A stretch of 62,306 nt of DNA, the filler included, from Rhabdomonas costata (Eukaryota): NCBI GenBank assembly GCA_019059605.1. It is 24 parts of 24 records of this genome, joined end to end, with 100 filler letters (N's around TTAATTAATTAA, not from the genome) between each part and the next. Parts side by side here need not be neighbours in the genome. Positions count along the whole stretch, not along the records: positions 13,014 to 15,516 come from JAHMHO010003122.1; positions 15,617 to 18,115 come from JAHMHO010003123.1; positions 18,216 to 20,720 come from JAHMHO010003124.1; positions 20,821 to 23,321 come from JAHMHO010003125.1; positions 23,422 to 25,919 come from JAHMHO010003126.1; positions 26,020 to 28,519 come from JAHMHO010003127.1; 18 more parts are not named here. One strand, written 5' to 3'. Positions 13,065-26,872 of this stretch are shown here, piece by piece. Position 1 is the first letter of the stretch; each line of letters begins with the position of its first letter. A program made the translations under genes and the position numbers. The notes below the pieces were generated by a model. That model saw only the letters and a program-made list of their open reading frames with translations. It had not been told where the DNA came from and did no database searches.

Positions 13065-15221
13065 CCTTCTCTTCTCTCTTCTTCTGCAGCTCTGCCATCC
13101 GAAGGTCCTTCTGGCTAGGCCGAGGCGGGGGCGGAGTGAAGATGACCACCGAGAATGGGGATGACACCCCAGGGGAGGGTGAAGTAGACGATGATGAGCA
13201 AGACGACGAGGAGGACGTTGTGGCACCGAAGTTCAGCTGTTGGGCACACACACACGTCCGAAATTCAACAACTGTTTCCGAGAACCGCTCTCCATTCAAA
13301 TCGTAATTTCTTTTTCCTCACACACATCATTTCGAGAAATACGACGCACATAATTTGAGATGGGTGTGAAGGGTAAACACGCAACACAATACGACGCACA
13401 AACACACTTGGTGGACTTGGCAAGGATGAGTTTTTTGTGGGGAGGACTCGAGGTCCACTTCCCCCCTGGGCTCCCAACTTTCGATGGATCCTTGTCAGTC
13501 GATGTCACCTTCTACCGCTGTCTTGTCACGTAGGGTTGGCTTAACCCATGTGACCCCCCGATCCACAGTGTAAGCGGGGCCGATTGGCGCGTTTAAAGAT
13601 CTCTTTGCGGGGTGCTGACGCAAGCAAACACACAAACACACAAACACACCGGCGCAAATATTGCACGGTAAACCATGTGCATCGAGACTCCATAACTAAA
13701 TCGGGTCCAAAAAGAAATATATGTACTATATACCATCCGTATACCTCGACTACAATGTTTCGGTTTTGTTGGCTAAATATTAAAAGTACAGCCATACCCT
13801 CATCTGGAGAGGGTCTTCAGCAGGTCCTGCCACAAGGGGAGCCACCTCTTCCGCAGGGGCCTGAGCGTAAGTACAGCGTGCAAATTTACCCGATACCACT
13901 TCGGTTACCACTTCTTGCTTGAAGGGACACAGCCAGAACTTCGCACTGGAGCTCAGCGGGTTGGGAAGTATCCTGAACGTGTCTGCACCAGACACTGGGT
14001 CAAACAAGCGCCAAAACACATAAGTAAGCGTCAATTGGCAGGCTGAAAGAGGTCTCGCATGAAATTTGAAGCCTGCATTTGGGCCGCGAAGGGCCGAAAA
14101 AGAGAGAGGGAGCAATTCGATGGGACACGGGCAGTCAGCGCACCCGACACAAACCTGACGCTGCTTTTTGAGCGGGGGCAGGGCAGGGAGATCGTCCTGC
14201 GGAGCAGCGAAGAGAAAAAAAATGAGGGGGAAAACGACACAGCACAGGCAACAGAGTTGAAGCAGGGCAGAAATTCAGACCGATACCTAACTGCTTCTCT
14301 GCTCAGATGTGTGCGGCGTGTGTCCGGGTGTGTGGCAGACACTTGCAAGGCATCCATGGCTAGCTTAATCTTCTGCATCAGCAGCGGACGCACTCCCTCC
14401 TTCTCCATGGAGTACTGCCTCAGAAGCGCCTCCGCCGAGGACAGCACGTTGTGCTTCTCCTGGAGCTCTGGATGAACACAAGGAAGGACATCACGTCACA
14501 GTTCTGGCAAAGACTTGAAACCTTCGCCCAAAAAAACCCCTGAGATAAGTTTTACACAGAGCTGAAAGACACACTTCAATATTGCACGAACGAATTCCTC
14601 ACTGGATGGTACACATGGACAAAACAGTGCGTTAGTTTTGTGCGTGTGGTACCCGAGGGTGATGGAACCATCAGTCGCATGCTTATGAAAGCTTGCTTTT
14701 CCGCTGCCACGATTCAACGTCATAAAACACCTTTCAGGTGTTCAACGGGAAATGCAAAGGAGCCCTCGAAGTCGCGCAGGACAATGTCTCTCATCTGCCG
14801 TAATGCAGCCAGCTTAGGCTCAGACATCTCAGCCTGTAAAGGAAGTGAATCAAACACGCAGAACACGGAATTGCTTTCTGATGCCCAACCGCTCGCGCTC
14901 GTCCGTCCATAACGGCATAGATTATCACACACAACAAGGAATGTGGACCCTGGTGCCCTAACCCGGCGCACTTGGGATTCGGAGCTGCGGGCGAGTAGAG
15001 GTCGGCTCGAGTGGACGTACGACATAGAGTTCTGCACTACATAGCCATGCACCGTGCAAAGCAACAAGGGAGGGCGAAGTCCCAAAATACCTCGGAGGCA
15101 TCCAGGGCGCGCTTGATTAGCTCCATCAGCCCCGCGTGGGCCTTGGCGGGGTCTGCGGAATAGTCCTGGAGCAGCGCTTCCCAGGAATCGACCAGCGCAG
15201 GCCCAGCTTTCTGCCCGAGCG
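13065..15221 (-). CDS. Multi-exon gene of unknown function (helical region followed by S/P-rich region)
   Basis: Exons 15221-15091, 14833-14731 and 14467-14343 join in frame at GT-AG (ALGQKAGPALVDSWEALLQDY..AEMSEPKLAALRQMRDIVLRDF..ELQEKHNVLSSAEALLRQY). Later exons are less certain. Confidence 0.6.
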
Positions 15222-15897
15222 CTGCAAAAGAATAACCCCCACCCCCTTCATCTTGTCTGGCATCTCGCTTATACGTCGGGCACGTCGGTGCGTTCACTCC
15301 ATCCCGCCTTCTCTCTCTCTCTCTCTCTCTCGAGACTACTCAACGGCTCTGCATTCTTGAGTATATGACTCGATTTAAAAAGGATCCTCTCCATAGTAAG
15401 AAAATTGCAAATAATTCCGAAGCTTTCTGCTACTCCTTGCCCGTGACTCTAACACAGTCCTTCCCCTGAAGTTCCTTCTTGCACCATGAACTTCCCTTAC
15501 TCGCTACCCCCCAACCNNNNNNNNNNNNNNNNNNNNNNNNNNNNNNNNNNNNNNNNNNNNTTAATTAATTAANNNNNNNNNNNNNNNNNNNNNNNNNNNN
15601 NNNNNNNNNNNNNNNNGGTGGTTTGTGCGTGCGTTCGTGGGTGCAAGCGTGGTTGCACGTATGACTATATCAGCCCGCTTTCACACCTTGTCACCTTTTT
15701 CTGTGTTGGCTGGTTTATCATCTAATCCAGGTAATCGTATGATCCTCCAACAGAAAGGGAACGCGCAGACTGGCCTCGAGCACGGCATTTCACAATGTCA
15801 CGCAATAAAGATTCCCCATCGGGGCGATCTGGTGATTTGATGTTTACAGTTGCGCGGTGTTGCTGCATAAATTGAATTTTCGCCCTTTCCTCCGCAG

Positions 15898-17593
15898 GTT
15901 ATTGCTGAGGTTGGCGCAGATCTGCTGCCGCACCTGCGGTATATTCCCGTGCTCCCAGAGGTTTGCCTGGGCCCTGTCTTCCAATCCAATCGTACAGATT
16001 CCCAAGTTGCCCCCCTCCAATCCTTTGCAGCATCGGCAAGTCGTTCCCCTGTTTATCCCCCCTCAAGAATAATCTTCATTCCATGTGGTTGTCTTTTACC
16101 GTGTTTGTCTGTTCGTGTGTTTGTGCGTGCGTGTGCCCACTGGAAGGTGGGAGTGGAGTGAAAGGGTTGTTTGTTTTCTTAGCTTAACGCAAGGCCACGT
16201 TTCTTTTCTTTCTTTTCTTTGGCTCCGGGGCCCGTGGTGATTATGAGCCCTCAGACACCAGTCTCGTATGTGCGGGGGGGGGGCAGTCCTCGCAGATGGT
16301 TGGGGAGTACGACTGTGACAGCCGTACCCTGGTGGACCCGTGTGCACACTACCACGGCTCCCCGCCCGTCAAGGCCTCACTTGGCACGTCCACGGCCCAC
16401 CGCTTTGTTTTCAACGACGGGGGTGGCCTGCGTTGGCTATCGATTCAGCAGCCCATTTTCCCTCGCCCTGGGGCGTGGGCACTGCAAAGCAGGTGCGCAA
16501 TATTTGACACAACATAATGGCAACTCTTCCAAGAAAGAATTGTGCCCATAAATATTGTGCCATAAATTTTTTACGGCCTTTTTTTTCATGAGTTTGCACT
16601 GTGCATATGTTTGCTTCTCACCACACGTGTGGTTGCTATCTGGCTCTTTCCTGGTTCTGTGTGACGTGTTCTCTGGTGTTACCCGGGAGTAGCGCTGTTT
16701 CTGCCTTTCTCTCTCGCTCTCTCTCTCTCTCTTATTTTGCATTGCTCGCTCTCTCGCAGCACCACCGCTACCACCACCCTCCTCTTCCATTTCCTTTGCA
16801 GCTGCATGTGCCGGTCCTCGTGGGACGCGCCCCATTCGGCGTGCCGCAAGCGCCACAAGCAATGTAGCGTTTTCTCGACCAATTTTCCGGTGGTGCCTCG
16901 CCGCCTGCACAACCTTGCCCTGGCTGAGGTGGGCGGCGGGGTCTCAGTGTTCACTCGGAGGGCCTTTTGGGCACTTCTGGTGCCCAGCACGGGTGTGTGC
17001 GGAGAACGTGGAATGCCGAACGTGGTAACATGGAACGGGGATCGTCACTGTTGACGAGGGACGTGGGGTGTGGCGACAAGGAGGATGGACGTGATTCCGC
17101 CTCTGTGCAATTAATTCCCTCCCTCCCCTCCCTTTATCACCAGCGAAGCTTCGGCACTGGAGGAAACAGATTCTCTGTTATGGCCCTGTTTGTGGACGTT
17201 TGTCTGCTGCTGGTGTAGCGCAAGCAGCAAAGTTAACCTTGCCGCAATTTACAAGACTTTTGCACTGTTCGAAACCTGTGAATCTTGGCTTGTTGTGGTG
17301 AGTTGTGGCCCATTCGCCCTGGCGAGGGATCGTATGAATTACCTGGAGGGTTTCAGGTGGCGACTGAACACGTGAATGACGCTGCATCAGTAGTGTCCAA
17401 TGCCCAAGTTGTGTATGTTGGTATTTGATTTTTTGACGCCGGCACCTCACGTGCGGTCAGGGGATTTGCTGCTTCGCAGCCTGTGGGCCCAGCGCCTGCT
17501 GTGGAGCCTACGCTCCGGCCCCGTGTTTTACAACTCCTCGGACTACATCCCAAGACTGGCTCAGGGAGTCTCATTGGACCACCCTCAGTGCAG
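15898..17593 (+). CDS. STELLO-like (DUF288) glycosyltransferase fragment
   Basis: Exons 15898-15960, 16296-16492, 16802-16992, 17233-17277 and 17461-17593 give VDPCAHYHG, IQQPI, FTRRAFWALLVPSTV and DLLLRSLWAQRLLW. These match STELLO motifs NPYxHFG, IQQG, AFWGLxLP and DxxRxYWAQRLLW. Confidence 0.7.
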
Positions 17594-18519
17594 GCATGGC
17601 TTTGTATTCCCTCACACACACAGACACACACACACACACTTACTGAAAATGCTTTTGCATTTGGGTCGGCTTTTCTCTCGCGGGCAAATTATTGATGAAC
17701 TGCGACATAAACTGCCGCTCCCTTTTTCTGTGGCGGTTGCTCTTTCGTCCCCCCCCCCCATCTATTTTCCTCTATCCTCTATCTTTTCTCTGGCCACTTG
17801 CTGTGTGAATCACCGAATATATTTCCGGCGTGATCAAACGATGGAAATTAGAAGCCAAATGTGTGGTTTTGGTCATGCAGTCAATAACACAGAATGTCCG
17901 AAAAGTCTTTCTTTGGACGCCATTCCGCATCTTTTTTCGTATATGTGAGGTGGAGTGAGGAGAGGTGAAGTGACAAACAGATTCATCCGAGCCATAAAGG
18001 TAGGCTTGGGGAACGGAGGAGAATTGGTTCTCTGTAGAACAGCGGTTAAATGCGCCGTTGAGGTTTCTCAGGACCTCGGCCTGGCATGAGTAGGTTGATC
18101 CAAATCCCAAAAAACNNNNNNNNNNNNNNNNNNNNNNNNNNNNNNNNNNNNNNNNNNNNTTAATTAATTAANNNNNNNNNNNNNNNNNNNNNNNNNNNNN
18201 NNNNNNNNNNNNNNNTGGGTGTGTGGACCGCGTTGTGGTTTGGGTGTTTTTTTTCGCGTTTTTCCAGATTCGGCGTTTTTTCTGGTGTAGTTGTGGTTTT
18301 GTGTGATTAGTAGTTAATACGCTAGGTGCCCCAAGTGCATGAGACATCAGAAGGAAATGCCGCACGTCCTTGCAAGACAGCGACAATGATAACCAGCAGA
18401 GTGTTATGCGTTGTGTTTTATGTGAGCGGTGTGCTACGGTTGTGATGGAAAACTCTTGCTCCTCCAATAATTGGTGATGCGCTTCTAAGGGTGTGGCTTC
18501 GTCGTCTTGCTCTGCGCAG

Positions 18520-20656
18520 CTGCGGGACTTGGGGGCGCCGTGGGACGGCCCCGCGCTGATGCGGTCTCGGTGCGTTCACATGGGGATCCTGCGACTGGCA
18601 CTGAGCCAGCTCACAATGCGCAACGAGGTCTCCCTCCATCTACTGCACACTCTGCTTTGGCGTTTCTCTTTTCTCGTGAAGATCCACTAAAAAGCAGAAA
18701 CAAAGGAAAGGATTCATAGGAGCACAACCGGAAACCAGGTACAGGTGTACAGTTAGAAATGAAAATGAGAGAGACATTACCACCGCAAGAAGCCCAATTC
18801 CAACACACAGTCTGAGGACCTTGATTTGCTGTGGGGCAGCAGAGGTTGTTCCCTTGCCGGTGATTCTTGTATTGGATCGTCCTTTTTCCTCCTCTGAAGT
18901 TCGATTTTACGTGCCCGTTGGAAAATTGGAAGTTCAGGCATAATTTTCAGGGCCCTGTCGTATAACGCTCCTCGGCCAGTTTTTTTCAGGTTGACTTTCG
19001 GGACTCAGTGTTTCTCCACAATCCGCTTGTCTTCTCACAGGTCAACCCTTTGCTTCTGAGTTCCGTAGGTGTGCCTTGTTCTGAGAGGTTCTGGTTCCTG
19101 TCGCCTGTCGCTTTTCCCTGGCTTCTCGATGATGGACATTCTTTTTTGTGCTTAGCGGAGCGAAAACGGTGCTGACTGCCGCACTCCGTCCTGAGGGTGA
19201 TGCGTGAGAGTTGTTTCGGTACTTGAGGTTGCTAAAGGTCTCACCTTAGTGTGCGACCTTGCGAATAGAAGGATTTTGATTAAAATTTATGCCACAGTGC
19301 CTTCTTGGTGTGATGCGCCATTGATAAAAACTCTGAGCTCATGGGTTCAGCTTTTTTGCATGTCCTTCAGTGCGGCATTGGGTTGGCAAAAAGGAGGTGG
19401 GTTGGGATTGGAGAAGTGTTTGTGTCGGGTTGGCAGCATGGGACCCTCCGTTTGCCATGGTGGACGCCCTTCTGCTGCAGAACAACATTACGATGTTGCT
19501 GTGCCAGGTGCAGATGTGGGTCTTCTGAGTGACTGTGCGGGAGAGGGGGGGGTGGGGGATTTTTTTTAGCAAGGTCACCTGCCCCGTTGCGGGTTTCTTT
19601 GTCCATATGCTTCATCGGACTTTTTAGAACTTTCAGGTCTGGCTCTCAATTTCGCAGTTGCCGCGGTTCTTCTCTCCCACATCGCAACCCATGATAATAC
19701 CGCATATACTTCATTTCGAACGGAAATCTAATTATCCTATTTTATGCCTCTGGTCCTTCGCACAATCCAATAATAATGTGATGTGACAAAAAACTCTCAT
19801 GTGTAGCCTGCTATAAATCTGCAGAAAGCAGTCTTCGCCGCTACACTGCCCGTGCAGAACTTCAGTCAACATCAACCAAAACGGGAGGACTTCTTGTGCC
19901 GACTGCACACCTTTCATGCCCCCTTATAGAATCTTTCCACGAGAAGGCAAGAAGACATTGTGATTCCAACACGACGCGTTCGGTTAAAAAAAAGGATGAA
20001 TCCAGTTGTCTGCTAGGTTTGCGTGCCTAATTGTGTGCAGGTTGGCCACCTCCTTTCATGCTTCACGTCAGGCCACTGGACAGTGGACAGTGTTGAAGTA
20101 GTGGTTGATTTGCTATTTCTCCTGTTTGACATGACCTTGGGTTTGCCGGGTTTTCGTTTGTGCAGTACTTCGAGTACCGCGCCGATGCTGAGTCGCAGAC
20201 TTTGTCGTGTGTGCCGTACGTCAACATGTGGACCCGGTTTGATTCTCTGCGCTTCTTCTCTTCTGCAACATGTTCATTCCCATTGGTTTTTTCCTTTCAG
20301 CAAGTGCAAGTGCGTATTAGGATTTGCCTTCAGTTTTCCTGTTTGCGCTGTTTCTGCATCATCTTCACCTTCTGCCTCACCCGCTGAGCTCTATTGAGTT
20401 ACATTGTCTGATTTTCTCCAGATTCCATTGACTGCCTTTACTTTCTGTCCCCTTACCTTCCTTTGGCTCACTTGTCTCGGTACGAACCCCTCTGCGTAAG
20501 AGTTGAGTCGATTGGTGCCCTGTGGCCCTCGTGCACTGGAACTCTTACGCAGGTAGATCAAAACCCTCTCTTCTTCTTTTAGCTTCGTATGCTCGCAGGC
20601 TTTACAACACCCTGATGCCGAACTCATCGCCATATATCGCCAGGCAAGTTGCTCAG
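18520..20656 (+). CDS. Multi-exon gene of unknown function
   Basis: Chain of short exons splicing in frame: LRDLGAPWDGPALMRSRCVHMGILRLALSQLTMRNE-VVPLPVILVLDR-QPFASEFRS-GAKTVLTAALRPEA-WDPPFAMVDALLLQNNITMLLCQ-VGHLLSCF..-YFEYRADAE.. Confidence 0.55.
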
Positions 20657-21646
20657 GTATGCGTTTTGTGGAGGGGCGCATCCCCAATTCCCCCCCCCCC
20701 CATTGTCTGTTTACTTCTTTNNNNNNNNNNNNNNNNNNNNNNNNNNNNNNNNNNNNNNNNNNNNTTAATTAATTAANNNNNNNNNNNNNNNNNNNNNNNN
20801 NNNNNNNNNNNNNNNNNNNNTTTTGGTTTGATGTCTGTGCCTTCTCTCAGGTTTGCATAGCAAGGGGTTCTATTCAAAAAAATGAGCGTGGTTTGATATC
20901 AAAAGGGAACAGGAACAGACAACGAAAGAGATGGGAATTGTTTGCTTTTTTGCTTCGATTTTTGATCAGTTGGTCACAAAGTTTTATTGATCGATTGACT
21001 TTTCGCGTCCTGTTTCATCTCTACGCGTAGGGCGAACACTCTTTTGCGGGGCATTCGTTTGGCGAAGACGGTGCCAGCCCAGACCTTGACGAGCTGCGGC
21101 GTCTGGAGCAGGAGCACTACGGGTGAAGTCAAACCCAATCTGGCGAGCATCCCCGTGGCGCCACACTTTTTGTTTCCGAATGATGGCTCAGGCTTTTTCA
21201 CTCATCATTGGTTGTTGCAGCGTTTCATCGATAGCTGCTGCACAAGTTGCCCTTGGTCTGCTTTCGTGGGGTGAAATGGTCCTTGTCGATATGTGAGATT
21301 GTCTTCAACGGGTAAGAAAGGCAGGTGGAGCTAAAAAGACAAACAGCTGCTGACAATTGGGTGTGCTTATGGAAATATTGCCCGGTAGCACATGCAGCAG
21401 AACTGTCGCTCAATCGTTGGCTTCCTAGGTGCATCTTTTTGAGTATCTCTTGACCGTCTCGCGAAGTTTTATCCCTTCGGGCTTCATGCATTCCTTTTCT
21501 TACAGTCATTCTTTTCTCTCTCTGCCATCGGCGAATTCTCATACCTCTTCTTCCCATCTTTTTCGCGTCACTCAAGCCTCCCCTCCCGTGTGCACACCCT
21601 CCATTCACCGTAGCGCGTCCTTTCTTCTTTTCTCATCTCCTCGCAA

Positions 21647-22403
<757 letters not shown>

Positions 22404-23170
22404 TAAGCGGACTTGACGCTTTGGACATTAACATAACACATATATATAACACATGACATAACACATTGGCTGAAAGTTACAAAACGCAAGCACTTTCAAC
22501 CTCAGTCACGTTTTTCCCGGGGGGAGGGGTTAGGAGTTTGTGATATGATATCATATTCTGTTTTTGGTGTTGGTTTTAAAGATGGTCCGTTGCGTTGGAG
22601 GACATCGGGCACGTTACTGTCACCTCCTGTTTTTCTGGTTGTGGTTCGTAGGGGTTAAAATGCCCATGACAGTAGACAGTATAGTGAATGCACTGGGGGG
22701 GGGGGTGTTTGATGCACTGGCTGTAGCTGATTGGGATTTGTCTTTGTTCTTTACTTTTTGTCCTTTTGGGGCATCCGGGCTCGTTCATCTGCGTTACTTT
22801 GTGCGTTTGCTCACTCAGATTTTCAAATAGAAGCCCATGGAAGCCCATGGAACTGTGCGGGAGTGTGGTGTGTAGCCAAAAGAATGGGCGTGTGCCTGAA
22901 GTCAACGCAGCCACTTGATATGTGCGTGTTTCGCTGGTGTACCGCAGATTGACAATTCCACCAAATGCGTCGGGTCTTCCGCGGGGTGGAGCCTTGCATA
23001 CCCGGGAAGTTTGCGTCACTTTGACCTCAACCAAAGTCTCTTTTTTACGTTTCCTTGGAATGAGGGCGATGACGCAGCACTGTTAGGTCTAGGATATTAC
23101 GGGTGGGTGTCCCAGATACAGAGACAGAGAGCTTTTAAAACCCATCGGATCATCTCTCTTTGGTTTTCAG

Positions 23171-23307
23171 GTGGTGACCTGGGGGTGTTCGGCCGCGGGG
23201 AGATGCAAAAGCCCTTCGAGGATGCCGCCTTTGGGTTGAAGGTTGGGGAGATGAGCGCCATCGTGGACACCGACTCTGGCCTCCACCTGGTCTACCGCAC
23301 TGAGTAA
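23171..23307 (+). CDS. PIN1: Pin1/parvulin peptidyl-prolyl isomerase, terminal exon
   Basis: TTTTCAG acceptor, then [47 protein letters not shown], the parvulin C-terminal signature. Confidence 0.9.
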
Positions 23308-26106
23308 AGCACCCCCCCCACNNNNNNNNNNNNNNNNNNNNNNNNNNNNNNNNNNNNNNNNNNNNTTAATTAATTAANNNNNNNNNNNNNNNNNNNNNNN
23401 NNNNNNNNNNNNNNNNNNNNNGTGGGTTCGTGCAAAACTGTGTGGAGGAAGGTTCATCTCCGAAGGGGGGGGGGCAATCTGGCCAGCCGTTTAAACAGAT
23501 GGAATTTGGAAAATGGACGGCTGCTGCACACCATGAGAAAGGGCAGCATCCACAAATGGTAGAAAAAAACAGCATACCTACAGCAGAGCAGTATATACAT
23601 GATGTGGATGCATCATCCTAACCGTAGAGCGCTGGGAATCTGATTGAATGAATCAGACGGAAGGAACACAGAGGACAGGCCAATGAAGCGCAAGCACACG
23701 CAAGCACGCGAGAGCAAGAATGTGGAGACGTACGCATAGGCGTGGTTTTTGCCACGAAGTTGGCTGCCGCCGAGACGCACCCAGAGGAGGCCGTGAAGCA
23801 GAAGGGACCTTCACACATATATCGACGATCCATGCGGCCCCAATGACAGCCGCAAGGAAGAGAGAATGGGGCATTGCGGGAGAAGGTTCATGTAACGGGG
23901 GATGTGCGTGAAAGTCGGGTTCGGGAATCGGCCGGACAGCTGTGGAAGTCGAGAGGCTTTGTGGTTATCTCGCTGTGAGTGGGCGCGTGTAGTGGTTGTT
24001 GAAAGGTAGTGGGCGGATCGTGCATCAGCAATGCACTGCCACATTGAAAGCAAGTGAGTGGTCCAGCGACTGAGTGAGCGAAGGGTGTGCCTTTCTGTCG
24101 GTCTGTCGGTCGGTCTGCGTCGAAGCGGCCTTCTTTGCAACACCGCATACACCAGTCTTGTGTGTGTATAGCACCGTCTCACGTCTCAGCGAACAAACGT
24201 AAGGGTGTATGCCCAAGATGGTGAAGAAGGATTTGCCAGATGACCGTAAACCCAGTAAAATCTCACTCATCTTATCTCTCACAAGCACACAGCAGTTTGG
24301 AGGACACGCCGAGAAACATGAATTCTACCCATACGGGGGCAAGGGCGCAGGTATATACACATCGGCGTGTGTTCGACCCCAATTCCGCGGGCTCGCAAGC
24401 AGCACCAGGTTGTGGAGGGAGCACCTCAGAAAACAGATCCACGCTCGGGATGGAAGCGACAGTACATGGGTTCGAATGGGCGACGGAAATCTACCCATTT
24501 TTTTCGTAGAGGAAGGATTGAACGTGAGGCATGGAATATGGCACTCCAAGAAAAGAGGGCACTGGAGAAAAAAGCATGCAGCGAACTCAGCTGCGCGCGG
24601 GCCGAAAAAATCTTGTCATTCCAAAACAGGAAGCAAAGCCACCAGAAAAGCTGCACAGCTCGTGTCGATCGCCACTCCCAACCCAGAGCACTTTCTACCG
24701 AGAGGCATTACTTCGGCACAGCGGCCTGATCGTAGATGACGAACAACCTTTACTGCAATAGTACAACAAAATTTTATTATCACCGCGTACAGCAGCGGGA
24801 ACAGAGACGAGGGAGGCGGGCTGCAGAAGCTGACTCAGCCAGAGAAGAGCTGCAAAAAAAGGGCATATAAAAAACGAAAGCACCTGCCCGGCCAACGACA
24901 TCGTGCCCCAACCTGCGTACGTAAAGGGCGAAAGGGGGTGCTGTACATTCCCGGTCCCATCCCATCCGCAACCTCTCACATGACTTGGCTCTCCAGCCAC
25001 GCAACTTTGCTCCTTCGAAAGCCCTCCTCGGGGAACACCATATTTCCCTCCCTCTTACGCGTCGCGGTGACGGACAACCCATACCGCCCTTCCGGGTGCA
25101 CAGCGCTGCGGAACAGACCCCTAAGAGCCCCAAACAGCCTATTCCCGCAGCCCTTACGACGGGTGTTGGGCAGTGCCGGCGCACTGTCCATGACCGAAGA
25201 AGGGGGTGAAACACCCCCCTCTAGGCACATCACAAGGGTAAGTGTGGTGCGGGGGCCCAGGGGCACCGTCCGCACCACGGGTCTGCCCTTGGGCAGGTAC
25301 CGCAACGCGACAGCCTTTAAATTGAGGATCGAGGAGAGATTTGGTTCACGTCGCGAAAACCTTTCGACTGGTGAACGCGGGTTCGGTGTGGGATAGCGCT
25401 AGGTTAGGGGTCCAACCATTGCTATACATCTAACGGTAAGTGCAAAACGTGTTCGCAAACAAAAAGCTGCCGTGCCAATCTCGGGGTTTAGTTCACTTGA
25501 GCTGAGTCGGAATACATATGAGCACATTTAGCAGATTGTTTGAGGATCCCATGGCGTGCTGGCCGATGAATAGCTGCGGTCCGGCTGTCTACGTTTCCGG
25601 GAGTTCGTTTCGAGGAAGAATACGCATCGCATCCGCTGTCGGTGTAAGTCACAGGCGGCTTGCAATCCCGAGCCCTCAAAACAATATTCATGGTTTGCTA
25701 AGTTTTCCAACAACAGCCGTGACTTCTTAGACAAGGAACTCGGCGACAGAAACACCCAATTGAAATCCCCACTTTCAAGCGTCCCTGCGCTTTATTCCCG
25801 GCTTTCTCATCATTACGTCCGCGTATGGCCATGCGGTGCGAACAAAGCATTTGCAATGGTTGTTCTCCACCCCTACTTCTTCTAATTGCCTATCCAGATT
25901 CGTGGTTGCACCCACACAANNNNNNNNNNNNNNNNNNNNNNNNNNNNNNNNNNNNNNNNNNNNTTAATTAATTAANNNNNNNNNNNNNNNNNNNNNNNNN
26001 NNNNNNNNNNNNNNNNNNNGTGGGGGGGCATAGCCGGAGTTGAAGGGGGGGATAACCAGAGATTCGCTGCAGTACATTTGTGTCTTTTGTCCAAAAGCGC
26101 TGATAC

Positions 26107-26872
26107 CACAGGATTGTACAGGTACAAGGTTGCGAAGAACAGTCCAGAAGCTACCCGTTCCCGCTTGTAGATATTTGCTTCGGAAACAGTCCTGTGCGGG
26201 AAGTGACGCGTGAAAAACAGCTCACAAACGCAACCATTTTCATGTTGCTTATAACCAACAATTGTCCAGGGTCCAAAGCGGCAACAAAGCCCAAAAGCGA
26301 CCTTGAGGAAGAAGACAAGACACACATAAAAATGAATTAACTATATGAGGTGGGCTGGTGGTGGAGTGCACGTTAGCTGAGTGATGACTGCAATGACAGG
26401 ACAACACGAAGTGCGGACAATGCGATGGGTTGTGATTATTGCAGGCCATTGGGGAGGGGGGTGGCACAATGTTATGTATACGTTTTATGTAAAGCTATCC
26501 TTCAGAACCTACATCTCTAAGAAAGCAATGAAGTAATGAGGAGGTTTCTGTTTCTGAAGCAAAAAAAAGTCCACTGACAGCGAACCGAGTTTGCGCGTGG
26601 GCTACTTACAGTTGATGATATCATAAATTATGCGCCCCTGTCCTTTTTGACGCGCACAAAAAACCAGGAATAACCAGGAATTCGAACGAAAAGATAAAAG
26701 CGAACGCTATCAGGGAGGGAATTCTTTGTTGTGAGACGAATCGAAAGGAAGAACAAACGCTCGCGCACCTGATTTGGAGGTTGCAGCAGAGGACCAATAT
26801 CAGCAGCCCCACAACCAAGTCTCCCGCCGAGAACAAGACCTTTCCAGCGTCGGGGTGCAACCAAACATTGAC
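26107..26872 (-). CDS. PIGM: GPI mannosyltransferase I (PIG-M/GPI14)-like fragment
   Basis: Exons 26872-26769, 26301-26256 and 26163-26107 splice in frame: VNVWLHPDAGKVLFSAGDLVVGLLILVL..LYLYNPV, matching PIG-M PNxxLHxxFGKxLFxxxDL and WLxNP. Confidence 0.7.

Noticed and set aside
23422..25919. Minus-strand multi-exon gene in contig 10 (from ~25191)
   Set aside because: Candidate exons exist, but I could not chain them in a consistent frame or recognise a domain.
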